Source of the DNA: Lama glama
Lineage: Eukaryota
DNA length: 64,000 nucleotides
Direction: 5' to 3'
Assembly: GCA_028534125.1 (NCBI GenBank)
Contig: CM052816.1
Coordinates: forward strand, 85,376,001-85,440,000
The first letter of the stretch is position 1. Each line of letters opens with the position of its first letter. The position numbers and the translations under genes are program-made. Positions 52,163 through 64,000 of the stretch are shown here, one piece after another. The notes beneath the pieces were generated by a model. It worked only from the letters and a program-made list of their open reading frames with translations, made no database searches and was not told the origin of the DNA.

Positions 52163-52768
52163 GACAACCCAAATGTCCATTGACAGATGAGTAGATAAAG
52201 ATGTGGTATACATTTGACTGTCCTTTATGATTGGATTATCACATTCTGTTGATTCTTATTTTTGTAGTTGGCTTTATTCCTTTGATAACTATGTAAATTT
52301 AAAAAAAGCTAAAGCTCTAATCTGTTCTTAGAAACAATGATCAGTACATATATGTAAACTAAAAAAATGTGCAGTATACTGTTTATATGTATTTACATGC
52401 AATATAATCTATATGTGCAGTCAAACTGTAATAACTCTACTTAATAAAACAGAAAAAGAAGATATGGTGTATGTATATATATATGTATGTGTATGTGTAT
52501 ACTACTCAGCCATAAAAAATAATAAAAATAATGCCATTTACAGCAACATGGATAGACCTGGAGATTGTCATTCTATGAGAAGAAAGCCCAGAAAGAGAAA
52601 GAAAAATACTGTATGATATCACTTATAATGTGGAATCTAAAAAAAAAAATGACACAAATGAATTTATTTACAAAACAGAAAGAGACTCGACAGACAGAGA
52701 GAATAAACTTATGGTTACCAGTGGGTAAAGAGGGTGGGAAGGGATAAAGTGGGAATTTGAAACTTGTA
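52163..52768 (+). mobile_element. Cetartiodactyl-type L1 3' fragment, split by an insertion at 52211-52457
   Basis: 'caacccaaatgtccattgacagatgagtagataaagatgtggtata' resumes at 52459 as 'aagatatggtgtat...tactactcagccataaaa...gccatttacagcaacatggatagacctggag'. Confidence 0.9.
52211..52457 (+). pseudogene. Probable processed retrocopy of an mRNA 3' UTR end (parent unidentified)
   Basis: Non-L1 AT-rich insert with AATAAA at 52443-52448 and an A-rich tail. Flanked by duplicated host L1 sequence aagatgtggtata (52198-52210) / aagatatggtgta (52459-52471). Confidence 0.6.
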
Positions 52769-52769
52769 C

Positions 52770-52923
52770 CTTTTGGGGAGCGATGGAAATGTTAGCTATC
52801 TTGATTGTGGCGGTGGTTTCATTGGTGTACACATCTATCAAAATTTATCAAATTGTACATCTGAAATATGTGTAGTTTACAGTACAGGAATCATACCACA
52901 ATAAAGATGTTCAAAAAAAAAAA
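52770..52923 (+). mobile_element. L1MC/MD- or HAL1-type 3' end with poly(A)
   Basis: 'gatggaaatgttagctatcttgattgtggcggtggtttcattggtgtacacatctatcaaaatttatcaaattgtaca...caataaag...aaaaaaaa'. Confidence 0.8.
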
Positions 52924-54089
52924 GAAGATTGGAAAGATGATGTCATCCTGATTTCATCTCTCTTTTATCAGAAAACATCGTGATATACAATGTGTGTTGA
53001 TCAGATCTTTCCGTAAAATAAGTGAGTCCTTAGGTAAGGTGACTCCAATATAGCCTATTCAATTTTAGAGCATCACACATTACAAATATGTTATATTACC
53101 ATAATAGTTCAATGTAGAATTAATTGTGAACTACATATGATTATTTTTTGATTAATTATATTTGACTTAAGGCTCAATTATTATGTCAAGGATAAATATT
53201 TATTACTGTATAGTAAAAAAAAAGCAGTATCATGAGAAATCCACATTTTCCGCACATAAAGCCACTAATTTAAAAATGCTAATTTTATAAAAATAAATTA
53301 TAAATTTACATTTTAATATACTTTCATGCAATTTAAAATGATATTCTATCATTTGTGGAAGGAATATAGCAAATTTCTGAATTTCACTGCAAGCTCAAAT
53401 AAAGTTTGCAACTGTGACCAGTTCTATGATGATTTGTTAAGGTCTTGTACATTTAAAAGCTAAAACTCATCTGGTTTAAGGTTAAGCTGACTAGGCTATA
53501 AATTTCCAACAGGGAAAGCATGGCTTCGTAGACAAATTTTAAGAGTCCATGTGAGTCACAGCAGAGAGAGCTATTATTCTAAATTATTCACATTCATTTT
53601 TTTCTCCTCTTTTCTTCCTTTTTATTTTTCCCTTTTTAAAAATAAAAACTCAGTAATATCCTGGCAGAAAAGCTAGGAAAGGAAACTCTCAGCTATAAAG
53701 GAGAATATTTGAGCTATTGGTAAAATGAAGCTAATGTGAAATGAAATTTGCATTCTAGTCATTGGTGTGGTATATAATCATGGACTGTATGCAGTTAAAT
53801 GAGTCTGTTGTCTGGCTGTAATGAATACCTACATCCATCCTAACAGTTAATGAAGAATAAATGACTTATTATCCACAAATGGCTGTGTCTAAATAGCTCT
53901 GCAACAAAAACAGAATATTAAAATGTGTAGCCAAAATAGATCTTAAATGATAATGAACTTAACTTAGATTATTAATTAATTTTAAAGTATCATAAGCTTC
54001 AGTGCTTTAGGATGAAATCAGCACTAAATTTAAGCACAATGAGTTTCAAAGTCTGATTTTAAAATTGGACTTGGATGCATATGTACATT

Positions 54090-54176
54090 TTGTGTGTATT
54101 CATCTATATATATGTATTTTTATATGTATATATATTCACCCACATATATATACACACATATATACATACACACACT
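54090..54176. repeat. Mixed (TA)/(CA) microsatellite
   Basis: Direct reading. Confidence 0.75.
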
Positions 54177-57100
54177 TTTTTTAAAACTGTTCTTTGTAAG
54201 ATAGCAAAGCTATCTTACAGCACAATTTACAGCACATAAATAGAGCTTACCTACTCAAAAGTGTTATAATTCATGTTTAATAAATTCATTTACAATTACA
54301 AATCTAATTTTTAAAAGGAGAGAAATGTCATGTTAAAATTATTTTTTATAAACCTGAAATTCATGCTTAGTTTTTGAAATAATGAGAGAATTAATTTTTA
54401 TGAAAACTAAGAGTATCTTTTTGAATACAATTTTTAAAAAGAGCATACAACTTTATAGTTTTTTTCATAATAGTCCAGGATATTATTTTACTCAACTAGT
54501 ATAAAATAAATTTTTAAAAACAACTTAATCCATAAAGCTTTGTGTTGAAAAATTCAAAGACAGTTTTTCTTAATCTGAAAATGAAAAAAGAGCAGCTTCT
54601 GAAAATGGCTAAATTCAGACATTGTCTAAATCACAGCCTAAAATTCAGAAAATGTATTCAATATTTAATCACCTCAGTAACTTTCATGTATCACTTCCCT
54701 TAATTTAACTCCAACAAGATCCCAACTGCCTGTATCAGTAGCTCAGGAAACTGCAGCCATCCCCAAATGACCCAACAATGCTCGACCCACATTCTTGTCT
54801 TTCAAATCCATTTCCCTCCCTGAACCTATGAAAATATCGTATTTGAGTGTGTCACCCCCGCCATTACCATTGTGTCAGGACTGGACCCAAATCCTCCCCT
54901 ACCTGTTCTGCTTCTTTTCCAGGGTGCCCTCTGTTGCTCCTTTCATCACTGATTAACAGCACTTATGAAAGATTCTTTTATTGAGTCATGCCCCATTTCC
55001 ACGGGACCTTTTCATATCCTGTTATACTCATATTTCTTTTCTTTTCTGAATCATCAATTTTCCAAGGATACCCTGAATTTCCAGATCAGTTCGATCTGTA
55101 TTGTATGTTTCCATACATAACCTACACATCTCCCTGGAAGAATTTTCCAGTTATACTTTTACACACACTTGTAGGTAAGAAGTAGAGTTTACACTATAAT
55201 ACAAGGCAACTTTACATAAACCAGAAATTAGACCTGCTCACAGTATTGTGTAGCAAACAGAATGAGTATTAGATTTCAATCACTTCTTGCCACACGTAGT
55301 AGAAACACAATCAATATATAAATAACATTTGAACATTTTAGCAAGCATATCTAAGGTTGGTGAATTGTTTTAGTTTCTGACACCTGTTCCTGGAGAGGAC
55401 AGCCATGATGGTATATCCATATCAGAAATTCATATTTTAAATTGTCACTGTGATTTATTTCATAAGCAAATGACTAAAATGTCAGAAATATAGAAACCTG
55501 TGCCTTGAATGTTCAGCAGGTTCGGAAGCTAAACATTTTCAAAATTACATTTGAGCACAAATTTGCCAGACAGCTGAACATTTGGGTTTAGTCCAAGTGA
55601 TCTCGTGCTTTTTTTGTCACATGTCAGTATTTTAAAGTATCTCTAATTTGATACAAATATCACATAGTGTTTGTAGATAAATTAACATTTATTGTGTCCT
55701 GGCTAAGTGCTAAGACTATGCCAGGGAAAGACCAAGGACATATTCCTATGTAGATATAGTTAATGATCAAAGGGAAATATAGGTAACACTACAGAGAGTA
55801 AAGCAAACACAAATACATTTGTATGATTAAACATGAAGGAAAATTTTGCAAAGAAAATAATAATTTTCTTATTTGATGTTTTTAAGATGGTAATTTTTAC
55901 TACATATCATGGTATTATCATGCTAATTGTTATAACAGAATAACATAACTCAGAAACAACATTCTTGTGTTGTATCTTATTTTGAGAAAGGTCACAAATA
56001 CAAATTCATATAAAATAAATTCAAACTTAAAACAAAAGTGTGGTTCATTTTATAAGTTGATTGCACCCACAAACTGTCTTTATTTGTATCTTTATGAAAA
56101 TTTGAAAACACAACTCCAAAAGTGTTTTTTAAGAAGAGAAATGATTGAAATTTCTAGAAGAGTCTAGCAAACATATATATTTAGACATAAGTAGGCTAAA
56201 TGGAAAGTATATGAGATATTTCTGGGTTAAACAAGGATAGAGAGGAATTGAAAGTGCAAGCATATAGTGCACATCCCCTATTTTTTTGAATTTCTATCTA
56301 ACAACAGCTAATGATGGGCATAGATTTGAATCAGTAACCCTGATATGAGAATATTTGTTACTGTCCAATTTTTTTCTTGACTCAGCCAGTTTTCAAATTT
56401 GGTTAAATTTGCATTTTAAAAATTAAAATGCATTTACAAATTAAATTAGTCATAAGATTGGCTGAAAAGTGTGATAGATTGTGTAAGTGAACTACCCAAT
56501 CTGGCCACAGAACAAAAAGTTAAAATAGAAATGGTGATCTAGGGAAAATGCAGGGAACCCAAGTCAGCAAGATGATTGAGAAGCATTTATAAGCATTTTA
56601 CAAGGTTTTTTAAAAATCATGTAATGTTGATGTAGTTAAAGATAAAATGCTGGTTTTCAACCAAGATGGGACATTATTTATAAGTATTATTTGTAGGTCT
56701 ACTTTGTTTTATTCTAACACTCACTATTTGCTAAAACAATTTTCCAGATAATGGGAATATCCTATACCCTGACAGTAAAATGTAGAGAGTCTCAAATTTC
56801 TAAATATCTGAAGCCTCATAAAAACTCTTATAAATACCATATATATCATTTGTTTGTATTTAATAATGAAGTAATCAAGATATATCTGGACTCAGTAGTA
56901 AAAAGAAAACATACAACTCTAAGGTAAGTGTTTTAACACTAACAACATATAATTGGCTTATATATACTTTTCATTGTTCAAGTCTTCCAAAAACCATGTT
57001 TTGATTATTTTTTCCCACAAGCATGTGCAATGAAACTAAACTATTTCAACTGATGCTACTTAAGTGTTCTCTACTTGAATAAATGTGGGATACACTGCAT

Positions 57101-58215
57101 AATTTATCCCTCTTTTGGATATTTTGAGGTGTCTAAGCTAAATTTATTTAATCATGGAATTTCCTTTCTAAAACAAACAACAAGATTAAAATCAGCCTAT
57201 TGGATAAATTCTCACTGCGTAGCATGTTACCAAAACTTACCAGGTCGTCCTTGATACTTTTATACATTGTCTGTCATCTCTTGTCTGACTGCATATATTC
57301 TGTGTTTCAGTCACCTAATATATTTGTGACCAAATTTTGATCTCTTTGAAAAGCTGCTGTTTCATAAGCTGCTCCTTCTTTTCTCACTTTTCCAGCTGAA
57401 ATGTTACCTTCTCTTTAAACCCAAGCTTCTTTTGAAGTGGGAACCATAGCTTATCTGTATAAGTAAACTTGCATAGTATCTAGAATATAAGCTTATAAAT
57501 ATTGTCCAGTATGTGTTAAAATAATCAAAAATAAAGGAAAGTTATGTTAAATTTATTTTCTTTATAATAATAGCAATATAAAAAGAAAGATACAGATTTC
57601 AAGCATGAAAAGAAAACCCAAACACATGTTCTTAGTGCAATGTTCTAATGACTACTTGATCTACACATACACATGAAATACATCATCTGCTGACCACCAT
57701 CATTTCCACAGGATGCTTTTTGTGGGATGTACATGTTAAATTTTGTATCACTCTCACTAAATTATACTTTAGGCAAGGCAAAAAAAGTGAAAGGTTAAGT
57801 AAATTAACATGTTTGTTATACTTTCCTTAGGAAAAGACATGACATGGGGACCAGAAGGACTTCTTTTGTGGATTTTGATCAATTATTTTTTATCTTTTTT
57901 TTACAAAAAGTTAACACTTCAGATTAAAATTTTAATATGAATTTAGATTTCCCACAATATTTCCACCTAAAAAGTCCATAAGATTCTGCAAATTATAATT
58001 GACTTTTAACAACAGACATCAAAATGGGCTATAGAAAAAGAAGCACAGATGTCATCAAAATTTTTCAGTGCTTGGTATAGCATATTGATTCAAATTTTAT
58101 AAAAGCAACGCTTTATTTCATGTAAATGTCAAAAATTCCAGATATCTATTCAGACACCTTGGCCCTAAAGCAGTCAAAACAATGAAGGAAAAGGTTGTAT
58201 AAATATGCCTATATT

Positions 58216-58847
58216 CAGCACTATTTACAATAGCCAATACATGGAATAATCTAAATGTCCATTGACAGAGGATAGGATAAAGAAGTTGTGAGATATATGT
58301 ATATATATATATACACACACACAATGGAATACTAGTCAACCATAAAAATAATAAAATAAGGCCATTTGCAGCAACATTAATGAACCTGGAGATTGTCATA
58401 CTAAGTGAAATAAGCCAGAAAGAGGAAGAAAAATGCCGTATGATGTCATTTATATGTCGAATCTAAAAAAAAAAGGACACAAATGAACTTATTTTCAAAA
58501 CAGACTCATAGACATAGAAAACAAACTTATGATTACTAGGGGGGAAGGTTGGTGGGGAGGGATAAACTGGGAGCTCAAGATTTGTAGATACCAACAAATG
58601 CGTATAAAATAAACAACAATGTCCTACTGTATAGCACAGAGAACTATCTTCAATACCTTGTAATGGCCTATAATGAAAAGGAATATATATATACATATAT
58701 ATACACACATATATATGTGTGTGTATATATATGTATATATATGTGTATATATATGTGTGTATATATATATATATATAAATGAATCACTCTGCTGTACACC
58801 AGAAATTAACACATTGTAAATCAAATACACAACATTAAAATAAAGAA
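58216..58847 (+). mobile_element. 5'-truncated cetartiodactyl-type L1 with perfect 17-bp TSD and internal (TA/TG)n expansion
   Basis: TSD ataaatatgcctatatt at 58199-58215 and 58848-58864. Body 'cagcactatttacaatagcc...cctactgtatagcacagagaactat...gaatcactctgctgtacaccagaaattaacacattgtaaatc'. Confidence 0.95.
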
Positions 58848-59434
58848 ATAAATATGCCTATATTATTAAAACCAAAAGCAAAACCGAGCAATATCAAAAA
58901 CTAGAAAACTTCCTTCAACTTCATTTAGCCCAACTTTCAAATTTCAAACAATTTGACACTAAGTTTAATTCCTTTGACATAAATGCAGGTCTGAACACAA
59001 CTCTTTATCATACTTTGCCAATTAGAAAAATTGTCTTTCAGAAGGAAGCCCTAAAAGTCATCAAGGTCATTTGTGTACTTGCAAGATAGCCATTTTTCCT
59101 CCAGTGAACTTGAAGCCAGTGATATTAATTCCTAAAGAATATGACTCTGAGAAACATGATAGATTTACTGTACTTCCTTCGGTTACTTACTTGGCAGTTA
59201 AACATTAAGTTTAAAATTTCATAAGTTTTATATTTAGGTTTGTTGCTTGATTTATGGGTTAGTTGGTTTATACTAAACCTCCTATGAACTTCCATGTTTT
59301 GCTATGTTTCACTCACCTTACTTACGTACACCTGAGGCTTACTAGGAATCTGGCTAATTCTTCTTTTGGAATATTGAAATCATATTGATTTACCAAATAA
59401 AATAGTCCATTAAAAAACAATGAGAATTAACACA

Positions 59435-59715
59435 ACATAGTGAGCAGAAGTCAGGCTCTGAAGCTAGACTTTCAGGTCTTGATAACTGGAGCCACTAGTA
59501 AGGGACTGTATAACCTTAGACATTTTTTGCTTTTTGTTTTTTGTTTTTGTTTTTATTTGTTTTTGCTTTAGTTTTTTTTTTTTTGGTTTAGTTTGCTCAT
59601 CTCCAAAGTGGAGCTACTTATCTGACAATATAATTATGTGAATTAAATTAATTAATTATTAAAAAATACGGTGATATGTATGGCATATCTGAGTACTCAA
59701 AATACAGTTATTTCC
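59435..59715 (+). mobile_element. MIR SINE with inserted (TTTTTG)n tract
   Basis: 'caggctctgaagctagac...gccactag...accttagac' [T-rich 59522-59590] 'agtttgctcatctccaaagtggag...tgtgaattaaatta'. Confidence 0.7.
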
Positions 59716-60739
59716 CTTTTTATTGAAAAATCAAAGCTTATCTAAAAATCTATATTTTTGAATGAATTCTCTTTATCCTTACTATTTGATATTATTATTT
59801 TAATCAACATAACAAAATCATATGCTTTAACTTATTTTTGTAAAGCAGAGAGTTTTCTACATTCTGAAAATACTTTGCTTTTAAGTTTATTATATTGCAT
59901 TCCCACATGAGTTTTCAATTTCTGTTCATATATACACTAAATCAAGTATTAAAAGGACTACGACTTGGAAAACAAGGACTTGAGGATCCTTTTCTTGAAT
60001 CTTTGCTAGTTTTGAATTTATTTATTTTTGTGGAATATATATTTATATTGACGGGGGATTTCAGTGACAGCAGACACTATCCACATTAAATTAGAAATAT
60101 TTAATATCAAGGAAGAACATATTGTATATTAGTCACAGCTGGTAGACAGTATAAAATAGAAATATTTCTTTCCTACAAGCAGTGAGAAGGGATATTATAT
60201 CTTTGACATTATCTTTAACATTTATCATGACTTTATATAACACGTACAAAATATATTTTTCAGCCTTGTACTTAGGCATCTGTCTGCTCACTTAAAAGGC
60301 CAAATGGTATTTGAATATGTAACCTATTTTAATGACCTCATTAACGAGACCATATACTTTCAACATTTTTCCCCAATTTTGTTCACGGCCAATTACTATA
60401 AATGGTAGATATCATCAACTATTTAAATCTTCAAAGTAGGCTTTAACAAATTCATTTGTTCTATGTGTGTATTTATTTTGTATAGCCAAACCCTAAAAAT
60501 AGTTGTAAAGAATATCTTCATCTTTCAATAACATACTCTAATAGGGTGTTAAGGGAAAATTGTTGGAGGTGGTAAGAAAGTTATTAAGGAAAGAGACATT
60601 CTTGTTCATTATGTTTGATGAATCTTTGGAGATATAGTCAGAGAGACAGATATCTCTACATATCTATATCTATATTTGATATATTAAGGCATAACATGAA
60701 TTAGGAAAAATGTGAAATAATATATGCAACAGCTCCTTT

Positions 60740-61160
60740 TTAATTGCTAACTTTGTAAGTTTGAATATTCTAAATCTTGTTGAAACTCTCCAAGAAAGAT
60801 TTACGGAAGACTTTTTGTACCAGGAAAACTGATTATCATTGCAATGAATTTGTTTGGGAAACATATCTGTTTCTACCTCTTAGATGTTTTTATTTGGCAC
60901 CTACTTCTTTTCTGATGTCACACTAAAGAAGATTGGATATGTGTCATATATTTTTAAAAATTTCAATGTAGATTTTTTTTCCAAAGAGTTCGCAGAGTGG
61001 ATGCAAAAGAAATCTGGAAAAATTGTTCACTCCAATTTGTGTACGACAACAAATAACTCTACCAGAAGTGTACCGAGCTGTGATGAATCTTTTGGAATTG
61101 TTTTCTTGACAGCTACATCAAGAAGATTAGTATATCCAATATTCCTTTTCTAACTTCTTG
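60740..61160 (+). mobile_element. Putative hAT (Tip100-like) transposase C-terminal fossil
   Basis: LNILNLVETLQERF at 60761-60802. ITLP (61053-61064) joins across a 1-nt deletion to SVPSCDESF (61067-61093), resembling the hAT dimerization motif LTLPVSVASCERSFS. Confidence 0.45.
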
Positions 61161-61667
61161 AGGAACCAATTCTATCTTCGAAGATCAGGATCACAAGGAT
61201 GCATGGCTAACAGATAAACATTAAAATACAAATACAACATGAACTTATCTATCCAGTCCTATTTATTTTCACGCCACTTCTGCCCTCTTCCTTCTCCACT
61301 CCTCCCCTACGTATCATGCTAGTCGAAATATACAGAATGAACTACAATTTCTCTAAAACCTCACATAGGTCCAGGACTGGTTCATTTAAATGAGCCTACT
61401 CCCTTTGCTAGGAAATACTTTAGCCACAATTTAGTGCATCCTTTATTCACCTTATCTTTACAATAAAATTGTGGTTAATTTATTCTCAAAATATCACTGG
61501 TTTAAGTTACAGTTACATTTACCTATCTAATTGTTTAAAGAATAATGACATTTATATTAAAAAACCAAAATTCCAAGACTCTACATCCTATATTGACTAG
61601 GTAACACTCTTTATGGCAAAGAATTTATGCTGGAATGAAAAATTCTCCAAACCTTTAAAAAGTACCT

Positions 61668-61800
61668 GGGGAGGGTATAGCTCAGTGGCAGAGTGCATGC
61701 TTAGCGTGCACAAGGTCTTGGTTCAACCCTTAGTACCTCATTGAAAAACCAAATAAATAAATAAATAAACCTATTTACCTAGCCCTGCAAAAAAAAAAAA
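61668..61800 (+). mobile_element. tRNA-Ala-derived SINE (camelid vic-1-like, long form)
   Basis: 'ggggagggtatagctcagtggcagagtgcatgcttagcgtgcacaaggtcttggttcaacccttagtacctc', then (aaat)n, 'aaacctatttacct' and poly(A). TSD aaaaagtacc (61657-61666) / aaaaagtatc (61801-61810) at a TTT/AAAA site. Confidence 0.9.
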
Positions 61801-63649
61801 AAAAAGTATCAATAATGTTTGTGCTTAGAAACATTCTCCTTAACTGTTCCTCCTCAAGTGCCTTTGCCCAGGACCTTATCTACAGTGTCCTGTCCTTCTT
61901 ATGGTACTCATAACATCTTTGAAACACAGAATATCTTTGTTATGCACAACAACAAAAGCAAAATAGGTAATGATGCCAGATTAGCAGGCATTATTTATTA
62001 CATGAAAAATGCCTAACTGCAGAAGGAGAATAAACCTTGGGACCCTAAAGTGTGGTAGTTAATCTATACTCTGAAAAACGATCTAGCAAAGAGAGATGGC
62101 TACAAGCTAGCACAGATGGAAGTAAACATTGAGTTAATCAGCTGTGAGTTAAATAAATAAGAAATAAGACTCTTTTACTGAGAATGAAATAGATTCTCCC
62201 ATAATAAGAGTAAAAAGTATTCCATTATTCAAAAGATTGTTTTTATGTTGAAAAAATAAGCAGGAAGAAAAACTTTATTACATTGTTTGTTAAAATAAGG
62301 GATTTTGTTAGCCAGTTGGTAAGGAAAAACATCACGGTAAAAACTATCTGCATGCACAGTGGTGCTTTGAATATATCCTGAAAGCAATTTTCAGTGGAAG
62401 AGTTACACTCTATAACATACAACCTTAACTGAAGGTTAGAGGCTTCTGTGGCACTTGAAGTAAGTTAAAAGTTGTACAGAAATGGCAGTATATATAAAAA
62501 TCCATGAGCTGGTATAGTCACATAGACAAACAGTCCAAAGTGTCCATGTGTGTCATGATTGGAGTGGCTTCTTTAAGTACCAAAAGAAAATAAATCAGTA
62601 AAGTAAGAATTTGTTTAAAATAACTTGGAAGATTAATGCCTATATTTATTGTATAAAAACAGTGTTAATTCACAACAGACATTTCTTGGCACATATTTAC
62701 TTTTATAAAGAAATCACTTTTACCTTCTTTGTGGTTTTTACTTATCAGTTACTATCAGTCAGTTAAACTTATTAAAGCAAGAAGAGGATTCTTAGATTAC
62801 CTTTATTTTGTTGCTTTTCAAAGGCTGTATGTAAAGAGGACAAGTGTTTTCACTGAATAATTGAATGTCCTATATATTAAACTTGCAGAGGTATAGAGTA
62901 CCTTACGTTTGAGAAGATATGTGAGCCTAATTTTATTCTTATTTCATTAGGAATCTGACATTGGTACCTCAGGGACTTAGATTGTCATGAAAAGAAAGTT
63001 TCTTAAATTAGAAAAAAAGTAAATTTGAGTGCCTAAAAATGAATATTCAACTTGATTAAAATAAAAAATACAACAAGCCTTTACTTTCAAGGTCTCCATT
63101 AGAGAACCAGTTTTCTCTTAACAGTGATTTTTAAACTCATCTGAAGAAAGCTTCAAACAATATTTTGAATCACTTTAGTTCAACTCAGAGTTCCCAAGAA
63201 TAATTTATAAAAGTTTGAATTTCAGATATTGTAGACTAAAAAAGAAGAGCAGATCGTGATACTATAATAGCCAAATATTTTTAAAAGGTGACTTTTTGAA
63301 TAATTGTGCACTTTTTTTCATATAAAAGAAAGCAGCATGAACACATTATATTCAACTTTAATATTCTTTCACAATTTATAAAATTCAAACAATTTATAGT
63401 ATGCTGAAAACACAAACATCACTTTTGAGCAAATAAACCAAATTCAATGATTACTTAAAACTTAATGGTGGCAGAAGAAATGAAATTAAGTAACTTAAAT
63501 GTGTCTGTCTTCACATACATTTAGTTTTTATTGTTATTAATGAAATTGATCCCACATTATAATTAATATTAACTACAAATATAAGCATCATATACCATCA
63601 ATATTATTCAGTGAAAAAAGCAATGAATCATTCATGCTCAATTAGTCTT

Positions 63650-63748
63650 TTTTATAGCTTTATTAAGGTATAATTGTTATACCAAAAGCTACACATATTT
63701 AATGTATACAACTTGATGAGTTTGGACATATGCATATATCCATGATAC
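63650..63748 (-). mobile_element. Short L1 3' tip with 17-bp TSD
   Basis: 'tagctttattaaggtataattg...atttaatgtatacaacttgatgagtttggacatatgcatata'. TSD catgctcaattagtctt (63633-63649) / catggtcaattactctt (63749-63765). Confidence 0.85.
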
Positions 63749-64000
63749 CATGGTCAATTACTCTTAAGGACTCTGTGTATGCAAACTGTGTATGAGTTTT
63801 ACAAGCAAAAACTGAAAGCCATAAATTCCTCTACATGTAAAAAAAACTACTAGCTACTCTATCACTAACTAATAATCTAAAGTGAGAATAATAACACGTC
63901 CAATGCAAATAAGTTTTCCTCTTATTTGAAGGCTTCCTCAAAACAATCTGATTGAACCAGATTTTTCCAGCTTTCACGTAATTTTATAATTTTAAATTTG

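Noticed and set aside
333..62016. The ORFs of 60-118 aa in the supplied track as protein-coding genes
   Set aside because: Many start at GTG/TTG, have low-complexity F/L/I/K-rich composition, resemble no protein family I recognise, and overlap L1/LTR/microsatellites. No chain of spliced coding exons was found.
1..64000. Host-gene strand inferred from L1/LTR orientation bias; octamer enrichment; CRISPR or other prokaryotic systems
   Set aside because: L1s and LTRs occur on both strands without clear bias. ATGCAAAT counts are plausible for AT-rich, TG/CA-rich DNA. There is no regularly spaced repeat-spacer array, and the DNA is mammalian.

Overview
AT-rich mammalian genomic DNA (intergenic or deep-intronic). 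I can support no protein-coding exon. The short ORFs in the track are chance ORFs or fall in repeats. Two tRNA-Ala-derived poly(A)-tailed SINEs (6450, 61668) match the camelid vic-1 type, and the younger L1 3' ends are of the cetartiodactyl type, so the source is probably a camelid (alpaca/llama/camel). The window is a layered transposable-element record: L1 (several with clear target-site duplications), L2, MIR, MaLR/ERVL/ERV1 LTRs, ERVL internal relics and MER5/MER2/Tigger DNA transposons. Non-repeat stretches between them include a few candidate enhancers. The most notable items are: an orphan mRNA 3'-end retrocopy inside an L1 (52211-52457); a frameshifted hAT transposase fossil (60740-61160); a twin-primed 5'-inverted L1 (13145-13410); an L1 with its 5' UTR fused to its ORF2 tail (38065-39851); a Pbx-Hox/Meis motif cluster (31140-31290); and octamer-bearing palindromes. 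I see no evidence of a novel multi-gene system. Repeat subfamily names are recalled from consensus sequences, not from a database search, and boundaries without TSDs are approximate.
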